DNA of 64,000 nucleotides from an uncultured Nitrososphaerota archaeon (GTDB lineage Archaea; Thermoproteota; Nitrososphaeria; Nitrososphaerales; Gagatemarchaeaceae), in the NCBI GenBank assembly GCA_963718895.1, contig CAVRAG010000008.1:1376001-1440000 (forward strand), in the 5' to 3' direction. Position numbers and translations under genes: made by a program. The notes under the pieces are model-generated. The model worked only from the letters and a program-made list of their open reading frames with translations, was not told the DNA's origin and ran no database searches. Below, piece by piece: positions 29,729-38,484 of the stretch; the stretch's first letter is position 1; each line of letters opens with the position of its first letter.

Positions 29729-30574
29729 TTGAACCCCTCGTCCCGGGCCATCAAACTCACCTCAGCAGACGCCCGATCGTATCTCTTCGTGGCGGCCCTG
29801 GCCGTCCTCTTCGTAACCCTCAGCGAGCTCCTGGACTACTTCGAACTGCCCTTCGAGTCTCTGCCCGGACATCTGCTCTCGTCTGGTTCTCTCGTCTCGT
29901 CTGGACTTGTGACGTCGACCATGGCCTCCTTTGGCTACGCAGGGATCTTCATTCTGATGCTGTTGGAGAGCGCCTCCCTTCCGGTGCCGAGCGAGGTCGT
30001 GCTCCCATTCGCAGGATATCTGGTCTTCACGGGCGGCATGAACTTTGCCGCGGTCGTTCTGGTCAGCACCGTCGCGGGGGTCGTGGGTGCTCTGGCCGAC
30101 TACTATCTTGCGTCCAAGCTGGGGAGACCAGTCATCGAGAGGCTCTTCAGGTGGTCAGGTATGAAGCCCGAGCACCTGAACCGGGCTGAGAAGTGGCTGA
30201 GTGAGAAGGGATCCTGGAGCATCCTCGTGGCGAGGTTCATCCCCGGGCTGAGGTCGGCGATATCTCTCCCGGCAGGCGCCCTGAGGATGAGGCTGGGCGC
30301 GTTCGTGGGGATGACCCTGATCGGCTCGTTCGGCTGGTCGGTCCTGTTGATCTATCTCGGCTACTCGGCGGGGAGCGTCTGGCAGACAGCTCTCGGCCGG
30401 TCGTCGCCCGTGCTGACCGAGGTCGCCCTGTTCGCTGCTGCGCTCGGGTCCGCATCCTACATCCTCTATTTTGCATCCAGGAGAGGGAGAGGTCCTGCCG
30501 TCGAGCCGAACGGGGTTGACCCTTCGGGGAAGCGCGATGGCGAACCCAGAGACGATAACCCCCGGGTTGGATAG
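29729..30574 (+). CDS. DedA-family membrane protein
   Basis: GYAGIFILMLLESASLPVPSEVVLPFAG, ARFIPGLR..IS.PAG. Confidence 0.93.
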   Translation: MNPSSRAIKLTSADARSYLFVAALAVLFVTLSELLDYFELPFESLPGHLLSSGSLVSSGLVTSTMASFGYAGIFILMLLESASLPVPSEVVLPFAGYLVFTGGMNFAAVVLVSTVAGVVGALADYYLASKLGRPVIERLFRWSGMKPEHLNRAEKWLSEKGSWSILVARFIPGLRSAISLPAGALRMRLGAFVGMTLIGSFGWSVLLIYLGYSAGSVWQTALGRSSPVLTEVALFAAALGSASYILYFASRRGRGPAVEPNGVDPSGKRDGEPRDDNPRVG

Positions 30575-30577
30575 TCA

Positions 30578-31114
30578 TTGGTAGTGCTAAGTCTCGGAGA
30601 CATATTCGGATACCTGGCCCTGGTCTTCGTCGCCCTCAGCGCCCTCCTCATAGTGAGGAAGAATCTCCTGATCAGAAAGCGTCTGCTCAGAGGGCCGCTG
30701 AATCCGAGACGCCATCTCAGGAGGCGCCTGATAAGAGGTCGCCTCCTGCACCTCACCAACCTCATGCTCGTCAGGAGGGCGCACATGATCATCGCCCTCC
30801 TGGGGGGTCTCTTCCTCGTGCTCCACGTGGCATACCTCATCTCCTATCCCCTGAACGGCGCGATAGTCCTCGGCTACATCGCGGTCGTCGCCGCGCTTTT
30901 CCTGGGGATCACTGGGATTTCCTACCTCCAGAAGTTCAGGGAGGCCCGCTACTACCATGGGTCGGTCTCGCTCGCAGCGATCGCGCTGATGGCAGTCCAT
31001 GCCGTCGGGTCCGGCTTCAACGTGCCGGTCTGGGTGGCGACGGTCACGCTCGTGGTCACGGCCGGCGTCGTCTTCACCATAGCCGCGCGTCACGCCGGGA
31101 AGATACTGCGATAG
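30578..31114 (+). CDS. Small predicted di-heme cytochrome-b-like membrane protein (copy 1)
   Basis: About five TMs; two H-x13-H helices (HMIIALLGGLFLVLH; HGSVSLAAIALMAVH). Confidence 0.7.
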   Translation: MVVLSLGDIFGYLALVFVALSALLIVRKNLLIRKRLLRGPLNPRRHLRRRLIRGRLLHLTNLMLVRRAHMIIALLGGLFLVLHVAYLISYPLNGAIVLGYIAVVAALFLGITGISYLQKFREARYYHGSVSLAAIALMAVHAVGSGFNVPVWVATVTLVVTAGVVFTIAARHAGKILR

Positions 31115-31127
31115 GGGACGTGGTGAT

Positions 31128-31631
31128 ATGAACAGGAGAGAATTCATCCGGAGGATGGTCGTCACTTCGACCCTGGCCGTGACGGGCGTCGCAGCCATCG
31201 TCGAACTACTGGCAAGAACCGGGTCGCCGGATCAGGCCTATCAGCTGCCCACTGTGCAGATCCAATCTACGAGCCAGACGGCCTCGGAGACCCAGACGCA
31301 GCAGGTCTCCACACCTCCCGGGTACGTCCTGATCGGCCCCTCGAGCAGTCTGAGCGGCAAGAAGTCGGCCTACTTCACCCACCCCACCTACGGAAGCTCG
31401 ATCCTCGTCAACGTCAACGGAACCTGGAAGGCATTCAGTTCCGTTTGCACGCACGCGCCCTGCACGGTCGAGTACGGCGGAGGGTCATCCATCGTTTGTC
31501 CTTGCCACGGGGCCGCATTCAGCACGGGCGATGGCAGCGTGCTCGGCGGACCCGCGCCCTTCGCACTCCCCGAGTACGGGGTGCAGGTCTCAGGTGGGAG
31601 TGTGTTCGTGACCACATCGAGGATCAACTGA
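31128..31631 (+). CDS. Tat-exported Rieske [2Fe-2S] protein (copy 1)
   Basis: MNRREFI twin-Arg signal, CTHAPC...CPCHG, GPAP; GGTGA Shine-Dalgarno upstream. Confidence 0.93.
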   Translation: MNRREFIRRMVVTSTLAVTGVAAIVELLARTGSPDQAYQLPTVQIQSTSQTASETQTQQVSTPPGYVLIGPSSSLSGKKSAYFTHPTYGSSILVNVNGTWKAFSSVCTHAPCTVEYGGGSSIVCPCHGAAFSTGDGSVLGGPAPFALPEYGVQVSGGSVFVTTSRIN

Positions 31632-31704
31632 TTGGACCGGTCGCTCAGAGCGTGTTGCGCCCAGTCTGGACAACCTTAAACGGCGTCGAAGGAAATGTCC
31701 CACG

Positions 31705-32349
31705 TTGCTCATCGAGGCTGCGGGGGGCCCGCTCATCTCCCTACGGTGGGAAGGCGATAACGATCCCCCTTTCTCATCCCCCGTTCGCCTGCCCGAGGTG
31801 CCGATCGACCCGACGCAGGCGAGAGTCCTCGGCTATATCTCGGAGCATCCCGGAGTCCACTTGAGGCAGATCTGCAGGGAGCTCGGGTTGGCGATGGGCG
31901 ACGTCCAATATCACGTCCACAGGCTGGAGAAGGATGGGCGGGTCAGCTCGACGAGACGCGGCCTCTACAGGTTCTTCTATCCATCGGCCCTTTTCGGCGA
32001 GAAACAGAGAGACATCCTGAGCGTTCTCACTCTCGACACACCGCGTGAACTGCTGCTTCATATGCTGGCGGAGCCCGGCTCTAGCCAAGATGCGCTCGTA
32101 CTGACGGCCGGAGTCTCCCAGCCCACGGTCTCCTGGCACCTGAAGAGGCTCATCCAACTGGGAATCGTGCAGAAGGAGCAGGTCGGCCGAACCTCGGTAT
32201 ACCGCGTCGCCGACGGCAGCGCCAAAGACATAGCTCTCTTCATGATGAACTACCATCCGACGGTCTGGGAGAGATGGTCCAGCAGGATGGCGGACATCTT
32301 TATCACCTATTCCGATGCGGAACAGGGAGGAGAGAAGCCGAGAAAATGA
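31705..32349 (+). CDS. Double winged-helix transcriptional regulator (HVO_0163-like); true start may be ~31798
   Basis: YISEHPGVHLRQICRELGLAMGDVQYHVHRLE and a second HTH SQPTVSWHLKRL. Confidence 0.88.
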   Translation: MLIEAAGGPLISLRWEGDNDPPFSSPVRLPEVPIDPTQARVLGYISEHPGVHLRQICRELGLAMGDVQYHVHRLEKDGRVSSTRRGLYRFFYPSALFGEKQRDILSVLTLDTPRELLLHMLAEPGSSQDALVLTAGVSQPTVSWHLKRLIQLGIVQKEQVGRTSVYRVADGSAKDIALFMMNYHPTVWERWSSRMADIFITYSDAEQGGEKPRK

Positions 32350-32669
32350 TCTGGCACGCACCACTCCTGCTCATCTCTCCTCTCGTCAACTTCGACCAAG
32401 GGTTCGAGACCGAGGAATTCCTAAACGCGGCGGTGGGCCTGTTCGCGCTTCTGCTCCTCGCGCTGTCGATCTCTGCGTACCGGAAGACCCGCCTGAGGAG
32501 ACTGCTGATCGTCTCCGTCGCATTTGGTCTGTTCGCCGTGGACGTCGCGATAAGGCAGCTGGACGTCTTCGTCTTCGCTGTCGGCCTGCAAACAGACCAG
32601 ATCATCACGACGGTGATGGAGTTCTTCACACTTCTGCTCTTCTTCCTCGCCGTCGTCGTGAAGCGCTGA
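32346..32669 (+). CDS. Small 3-TM membrane protein translationally coupled to the wHTH regulator
   Basis: ATGA overlap; LSISAYRKT...RLLIVS.AFGLF is typical of the small membrane partners of archaeal wHTH genes. Confidence 0.75.
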   Translation: MIWHAPLLLISPLVNFDQGFETEEFLNAAVGLFALLLLALSISAYRKTRLRRLLIVSVAFGLFAVDVAIRQLDVFVFAVGLQTDQIITTVMEFFTLLLFFLAVVVKR

Positions 32670-32745
32670 AGATCTAGGGCCGACTATAGAGAATTGCACC
32701 ACAACTCATTATAAATCCGGAGTCGAGACCGAAAGCTGATTAGCA

Positions 32746-33036
32746 ATGAGGCTCACCCCTCCAGTCAGACTCAACAACAAGCTCTCGAGGCTCTCGATCC
32801 TCGCGCTCGTCGGGCTGGTCGCCTTCGCCGCGGTCGTCCTCTTCGTCAACCCGTTTGGCACCCGACCGGGCGTCAGTGCGGCCGTCCAAGGTGGCGCCTC
32901 ATCTCCATCCGGTTCCGCCGGACAGGTGGGTGCCGGGTCGCCCGGCTCCCTCCTCACGACCACTCCCGGCAGCGGGTCAGGGTCGGGAGGGACGCACCAC
33001 CATGATGATGACGGGAATTTCACCGGCGACTCCTAG
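32746..33036 (+). CDS. Membrane-anchored microprotein with Gly/Ser linker and HHHDDD tail
   Basis: TTATAAAT box at ~32709, one N-terminal TM, low-complexity linker. Confidence 0.65.
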   Translation: MRLTPPVRLNNKLSRLSILALVGLVAFAAVVLFVNPFGTRPGVSAAVQGGASSPSGSAGQVGAGSPGSLLTTTPGSGSGSGGTHHHDDDGNFTGDS

Positions 33037-33097
33037 CCGGTGAGGCGAAGCCGGTGCTCTGATTGAATGGATCGCTTATCGTGTGAAGGGGAGCTGC

Positions 33098-33583
33098 TTG
33101 GTGCTCATACTCCTCGGAGACGTGTTTGGGTACGCCGCCCTCGCCCTAGTCATCTTCAGCGCTGCGTTCATGCTCGTCAGGAGGCGGATCCTCAAGTACA
33201 CGAAGAACCTGACCCTGCTCAGGAAGATCCACATCTACGCCGCGACCTTGGCCGGCCTCTTCATAGTCCTGCACGTCGCCTACTTCGTCAGCTACCCGGT
33301 CAGCAGCGCGGTCCTCCTGGGTTACGGCTCGGCCGCGATGGCGGTCTTCGTGTGGGTCACAGGGACGGCTTTCCTCGAGAGGCTCAGAGACTCGCTCTTC
33401 TACCATGGCGCAATGTCCCTCTCGACCATTGGACTGATGGTGGTCCACTCGGCCGGGGCGGGTGTTAACATCCCGGTCGCGGTGGCAGAAGTCACGCTAT
33501 TCGCGGTCGCGTGCCTCGGCCTCGTCAAGGCCTGGGAGCACCTCTCTGCTGTCATGCCACCGAGGGGGGCTAAGTCTCGTTGA
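33098..33583 (+). CDS. Small predicted di-heme cytochrome-b-like membrane protein (copy 2)
   Basis: Paralogue of 30578 (LGDVFGY, LHVAY.VSYP); two H-x13-H helices. Confidence 0.72.
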   Translation: MVLILLGDVFGYAALALVIFSAAFMLVRRRILKYTKNLTLLRKIHIYAATLAGLFIVLHVAYFVSYPVSSAVLLGYGSAAMAVFVWVTGTAFLERLRDSLFYHGAMSLSTIGLMVVHSAGAGVNIPVAVAEVTLFAVACLGLVKAWEHLSAVMPPRGAKSR

Positions 33584-34083
33584 ACCGAAGGGAATTCATA
33601 AAGAGGTTCGTCGTCTCGGGGTTTCTGCTGGGGACCACGGTCGCCGCGGCATACGAGATGCTTCTGAGGTCCGCTGCGGGGCAAGAACAGTCCGTCTCTC
33701 TCATACAGCAGTCCTCGACTCAGGTCGGGGGTGGGTCCGTGAGCACGAGCCAGGTTCAGACCCCCGCCGGATACGTCTTCGTGACCGCGATGGGGAACCT
33801 GGCCGGAAAGACCTCCGCGTACTTCCAGCATCCAACTTCCGGTCTCTCGCTGCTCATCAGCTTGGGCGGCCAGTGGAAGGCCTTCAGCGCGACCTGCACT
33901 CACCAGCCCTGCACGGTCCAGTATGGTACCGGATCTTCGATCAGATGTCCGTGCCACGGCGCGACTTTCAGCACCAGCAACGGAAGCGTGCTCGGAGGAC
34001 CCGCGCCCAGGCCGCTGCCTGAGTACGGCGTCCAGACAGACAGCAGCGGGAACCTCTTCGTGAGCACGTCGGCGATCAACTGA
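33580..34083 (+). CDS. Tat-exported Rieske [2Fe-2S] protein (copy 2)
   Basis: MNRREFI, CTHQPC...CPCHG, GPAPRPLP; overlaps the upstream stop codon. Confidence 0.93.
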   Translation: MNRREFIKRFVVSGFLLGTTVAAAYEMLLRSAAGQEQSVSLIQQSSTQVGGGSVSTSQVQTPAGYVFVTAMGNLAGKTSAYFQHPTSGLSLLISLGGQWKAFSATCTHQPCTVQYGTGSSIRCPCHGATFSTSNGSVLGGPAPRPLPEYGVQTDSSGNLFVSTSAIN

Positions 34084-34163
34084 GACCGCCTCGCTTGGCG
34101 GTGTTCGCCGCGTCTCTGCTGGGAGACTGAAGCAATCGGCTAAGAACCCCGCCCGAGCCCATA

Positions 34164-34976
34164 ATGGATAAAAACGGAGGGGGAATTCGAGGCTTCCAGG
34201 TATTCAGCTTGCCATTCTGTCAGTCGTGTGGGGTGCAGGTGGAGAACGATGCCACCTTCTGCGGGGAGTGCGGGCGAGCCCTGAAATCGCCGGTGGGATT
34301 GACGCCACCCTCTAGCGTCCCGGTCCAGCAGCCTGCTCCTCAGCACTCCCAGCCCAGGAACCCCGGGCCGCCCTGGAGCACCGCCCTCGTACTGCAGAGT
34401 GGGGAGAGCGTGGCCTCCTACTGGGAAGCTGACCGCGAGATCGCTCAGGTGGGCGTGGTAAACGGTCGGAGTCAGATGGTCAAGGTGAGAGTCAAGGGTT
34501 ATCTGGTCCTGACCAGCCAGAGAATCATCTTCGTGAAGCAGCGCGGCGTCTTCGGCAAATCCTATCACATCGACACCTCAATCCCCCTGGAGGACCTGAG
34601 AGGGCTCTCCATGGGTGGGCTGATGATGAAGTATGTCTCGCTGGCCGATGCAGGTGACGAGAAGGTCTTCCACGTCCGCGGGGTAGGCGAACCCCAGTTT
34701 CCGGACTTCAGGGCCATGGTCCAGACACAGGTGGGCAACCGGCAGAAAGCGATGGACGCCGAGAGGAGGAGGGAGCACGTCCACATCATGCTGGACTTCA
34801 GCTTCCTGCGAGACTACATGAGCAAGGGTGGCCTCTCGCTCCAGGTCGTGAAGTGCCCCCAGTGCGGAGCGCCCATGACCCTTCCGCAGGAGGGAAACCG
34901 GGTGAAGTGCGACCACTGCGGCAGCACGGTGTTCGCCGAGGACATCATGGACAGGGTGAAGGAGCTGATCGGGTAG
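34164..34976 (+). CDS. Zinc ribbon - PH-like domain - zinc ribbon protein
   Basis: FCQSCG..FCGECG, Pro/Gln linker, GYLVLTSQRIIF...SIPLEDL (PH-fold pattern), CPQCG..CDHCG. Confidence 0.72.
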   Translation: MDKNGGGIRGFQVFSLPFCQSCGVQVENDATFCGECGRALKSPVGLTPPSSVPVQQPAPQHSQPRNPGPPWSTALVLQSGESVASYWEADREIAQVGVVNGRSQMVKVRVKGYLVLTSQRIIFVKQRGVFGKSYHIDTSIPLEDLRGLSMGGLMMKYVSLADAGDEKVFHVRGVGEPQFPDFRAMVQTQVGNRQKAMDAERRREHVHIMLDFSFLRDYMSKGGLSLQVVKCPQCGAPMTLPQEGNRVKCDHCGSTVFAEDIMDRVKELIG

Positions 34977-35013
34977 CAGATGCCCTGTAGCGAGAGGGGC
35001 CGATGGTAGGGTC

Positions 35014-35220
35014 TTGTCAACCAAGATTGAGGTCGGGGAGGAGACCCGCGCCGGGCTAAACCGCTACGCCTCCGCCATGAAGCAGAGGCTCGGTAGGAGG
35101 GTCACCTTCGACGAGGTGATAAGAGAGCTCCTGGAGAAGGAGGCTCAGAGACGGCCTGATTCTCCGATGCCAGAACGGCCGAGAGGGTGGCGCAGGGGCA
35201 AGGGCCTCCATCGAAGCTGA
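35014..35220 (+). CDS. Ribbon-helix-helix / VapB-like antitoxin-type protein
   Basis: MSTKIEVGEETRAGL...TFDEVIRELL pattern; no adjacent toxin gene. Confidence 0.65.
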   Translation: MSTKIEVGEETRAGLNRYASAMKQRLGRRVTFDEVIRELLEKEAQRRPDSPMPERPRGWRRGKGLHRS

Positions 35221-35268
35221 GTTCAGGCTCGGTCCGTGAAACGACTCGACCGTAGGCATTATCGAATA

Positions 35269-36614
35269 TCAGCGCGGTGCCACTGCTGTCAACTGAGGCT
35301 CCGGCACACGGGACAAGACGGGACGGAACTTCGCCCGAAGTCTTTCGGGCTTTTCGTAACTGATATTGACGACGGCGCCCCCACCCAGTTCCATCTTCAG
35401 CAACCGGACGAACTCGGCTGCGCCGGCGTGGCTCTCAGGGTCGTCGACGAATACTCTGAGAGTGAAGAGGTCCAGGGTCTCCTGCAGGAGCTGGACGCGT
35501 GGTAGGGCCTCGATGCCGTGCATCATCGTCATGATCTGTTTCGGAGAGATGGTTTCTCCGTTCCCGAGCCTGACTCAATCCACTGTTCTTCCCTCAACCG
35601 AGCGCAAGAGCGGAAGTGTTCTTCCACAGGAGCAGATCTCGTCCGATAGAACTCCGAGGTCGCCGAGCCTGTAGCGAATGATGGGCATCGCACCGTTCAG
35701 CAGTCCGGTCACCACTATCTCGCCCTGCTCGCCCGGTGAGGCGGGTTGTCCGTCCTTCAGCACCTCCACGATCAGCGAATCGGCGTTCACGTGCAATCCG
35801 CTCGCCGCAGTGCATTCGGCAGCGATCAGACCGACCTCGTTCGCCCCGTAGCAGCTGTAGACCCTGCATCCGAAGACCTTCTCGAAGTAGCGTCTGCTCG
35901 GCTCGTCCAACGGTTCGCCCCCGAGCGAGATGGCCCTGGGGTGGATTCCCGTCACGCCTCGTGCGACGACGGCGTCGGCCAGCATCCTGATGTAGGTGGG
36001 ACTTCCCCAGAGGAGATCGGGCCTGTGGCCGACAATCTGAGGCAGCACCTCTTCGATGCTGTACCCCATGTAGAGAATCTTGTTGAAGTAGTCTGAGATC
36101 CGGCCGGCGACCGGAGAGAAGAGGCCGAGCACGGTTCTCCGCCTTGGTCTGGGCTCGGCGTCCGGAGGGTCCGGGTCGTTGCCCGGGAGGGCGAAGAGTA
36201 TCACGGCGGTCCGGGTCATCGCCCCGAGGGCCTGCAGGCGCCTGACCCTGTACAGCCCGAGTGAATAGAAGTAGTCGGCGAACTCCTTGCTGTAGAAGAC
36301 GGGTAGCGGACCGCCCGTCGTGCCCGAGGTCGGCATCTTCAGGCATTTCTTTGGGTCCTCTGTCAGCCGGTCGTGCAGCGGCCCCTGCAGCAGGTCTTCC
36401 TTGGCGCAGACCGGGATCTTCGGAAGTCGCTCAGTCGGGTCACGTCGCCGGGCCCAAGGCCGGCTCCGTCAAGCCACTCGTGCCAGAACCGGGCATTGTC
36501 GTAGGCGTGGCGGACGATTGCTCTGAGCCTCCTCTCTTGAAGTTTCTCCATCTCTGCATGCGGCATGTGCTCGGCGAAGGGAGACCCTCGCTGCGCGAGA
36601 ATCCGGAGGAGCAA
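35269..36614 (-). pseudogene. Phenylacetate-CoA ligase / CapK-family adenylating enzyme, interrupted
   Basis: RLRAIVRHAY, TSGTTG.P, YGANE.G, PIIRYRLGD, CSCGR.LP. Two -1 frameshifts (~36420, ~36352) and an in-frame TGA at 35575-35577. Confidence 0.85.
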
Positions 36615-36683
36615 TCGGCCCTACTGTCGGCCCGAGTTATTTTAGCTCTTCTGGAGCCCGGTCCTGCCCGGACCGGGGCAGGC

Positions 36684-37490
36684 CTACCTCTGTGGCACCG
36701 CCGTTTCGAGGAACGGGACCACAATCGACGCCACAGCGGGGGAGTCGAAGATGTTGTAGTGCGTGACGCCGGGCAGGATCGCGAGCCGCGCGCTTGACAT
36801 CCCTGACCCGTCCCAGCCGGCATCCTTTCTGCCACCGCCAAGGAGCTCGAAGAACTCCACGGAGTGCGCCGTGCGGACGCTGTCGGCATCTCCGACGATC
36901 AACATGGTGGGCACCTTCAACGCAGCCACCTCCTTGGACCAGTTGTAGTCCTGACGAAGCAGGACCCCCAGCTTGGTGAAGAGGACAGGCCAGTCCTGCA
37001 CCCTCGGCGCGATCCGAGAGTAGAGCTCGTACATCGGGGTCCCCTTCATCCCCTCGGCCGACTCGGCGCTGCTCTGCGCCATCGCCGCCAGGACCTCGGG
37101 ATACCATCCGTCACGCCTGAAGGCGGTGGACACGAGGACGAGCTTCCTCACCACCTCAGGATGCTGGATGGCGGTCCGCAGAGCGACGCCGCCCCCGAGG
37201 GAATAGCCCATGACGTCCGCGTTCTCGAACCGGAGATGGCGTATCAAGGCGGCGATATCGTCTGCCATCAGCTCGAAGCCGAGCGGGCGGTCTATGTCTG
37301 CGGTGCGTCCGTGGCCTTGCAGGTCCGCAGCCACGACCTGGCGCGTCTCCGAGAGAAGCGGTATGAGCTGGCCGAACATCTCGGTCGCTCCGGCACCGCC
37401 GTGAAGCAGAATGAGCGGCTCCCCCGAGCCGTGAATCTCGTAGTACATCTCCAGGCCGTTCACAGGGAAGTAGCCTCTGGTCGGAGCCAT
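36684..37490 (-). CDS. Alpha/beta hydrolase
   Basis: VNGLEMYYEIHG.G.PLILLHGG, DLQGHGRT, GYSLGG, LPGVTHY. Confidence 0.92.
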   Translation of the reverse strand: MAPTRGYFPVNGLEMYYEIHGSGEPLILLHGGAGATEMFGQLIPLLSETRQVVAADLQGHGRTADIDRPLGFELMADDIAALIRHLRFENADVMGYSLGGGVALRTAIQHPEVVRKLVLVSTAFRRDGWYPEVLAAMAQSSAESAEGMKGTPMYELYSRIAPRVQDWPVLFTKLGVLLRQDYNWSKEVAALKVPTMLIVGDADSVRTAHSVEFFELLGGGRKDAGWDGSGMSSARLAILPGVTHYNIFDSPAVASIVVPFLETAVPQR

Positions 37491-37618
37491 GTGGGCTTCC
37501 GGGCACGTCCGAATCAATAAAGATTTGGTTTCGGATGTAGATCGATCTTGCCCCGTGATTCGTCTGGCATGCTGCTCGATGGTTCAGGATTCATCGCACC
37601 TCATCCGATGCCCGTAAG

Positions 37619-38206
37619 CTAGCCGGGAGCTTGGCCCTCGGCAAAGTTGAAACCTGCGGACTCGAGGACGTCCTCGTGGGACCTCGCAATCTCTGACCTC
37701 CTCGTATGGCTGATGTCCACAAAGGCGAGCTCCTTCCAGGCGAAAGCCTTCGGGAGCTCCTCGGCCGAGAGCTCACCCCTGAAGATGAATTCTAGGTCCC
37801 AGTGGCTCGGCAGGTCAGGGAACCTCCTCGGGGTGTAGGTCTCGGACACGACGATGGGCTCCGCCAGCGGCACACCTTCAAGCTCAAGCTGCTCCCTCAG
37901 TATGCGCCTCGCCGCTTCTTGCGGCGGTTCCTTGAGTAGCAGATGAGAGGACGGGATCATCCACCCCCTGGAGTGCACTTCGACTCTCTCTGGGTCGAGC
38001 GCGCCCATGTGATCCCACATCGCCTCGGGGTTTAGGTGGCCGAGGAGGACCTTGTTCCGATTCCCAGTTTCTGTGAGCACCACGAATGCCGAAAGGCACA
38101 TGCCGCCCTCCGGAATCTCCCGCACTGTGAGCGGGCTCGCGTCGGGTTTGCCGGAGACGGTTGAATTCCCTGCGTTGAAGCGGGCGAACCTTCTGTCTGT
38201 GGTCAT
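37619..38206 (-). CDS. NUDIX-fold protein (degenerate box), paralogue of 45934
   Basis: Start at MTTDRRF; PEGGMCLSAF, WMIPSSHL..KEPPQEAARRILREQL, HWDLEF. Confidence 0.78.
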   Translation of the reverse strand: MTTDRRFARFNAGNSTVSGKPDASPLTVREIPEGGMCLSAFVVLTETGNRNKVLLGHLNPEAMWDHMGALDPERVEVHSRGWMIPSSHLLLKEPPQEAARRILREQLELEGVPLAEPIVVSETYTPRRFPDLPSHWDLEFIFRGELSAEELPKAFAWKELAFVDISHTRRSEIARSHEDVLESAGFNFAEGQAPG

Positions 38207-38239
38207 ATGCTGCGAGGAGCACGCGCTTGGATTAATCTG

Positions 38240-38365
38240 CTTCGAAGGCCTGACGCGCGGGACGGGTTGGGATGGTCGGTCCGGGAGCCGTGAACGAGCA
38301 GGATTGGGTCCGTTGTCACCGCTCAGCTCGTAAAACAGCCCGACTCCGTTAGCCTCTGACCGGCA
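38240..38365 (-). pseudogene. Relic N-terminus of an alpha/beta hydrolase
   Basis: EANGVGLFYELSGDNGP then, after a frameshift, ILLVHGSRTDH. Confidence 0.55.
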
Positions 38366-38484
38366 GGTCGAGCCGCCTCCCGACATCGAGTGGTTGGTCG
38401 TTGCGTCCCCGGAAAACGGTTCGGCGAGATTGTTTTCATCGCGTCTACATCTTCGCTCCTGTCGGACCGAGGTGCACGTCGATG

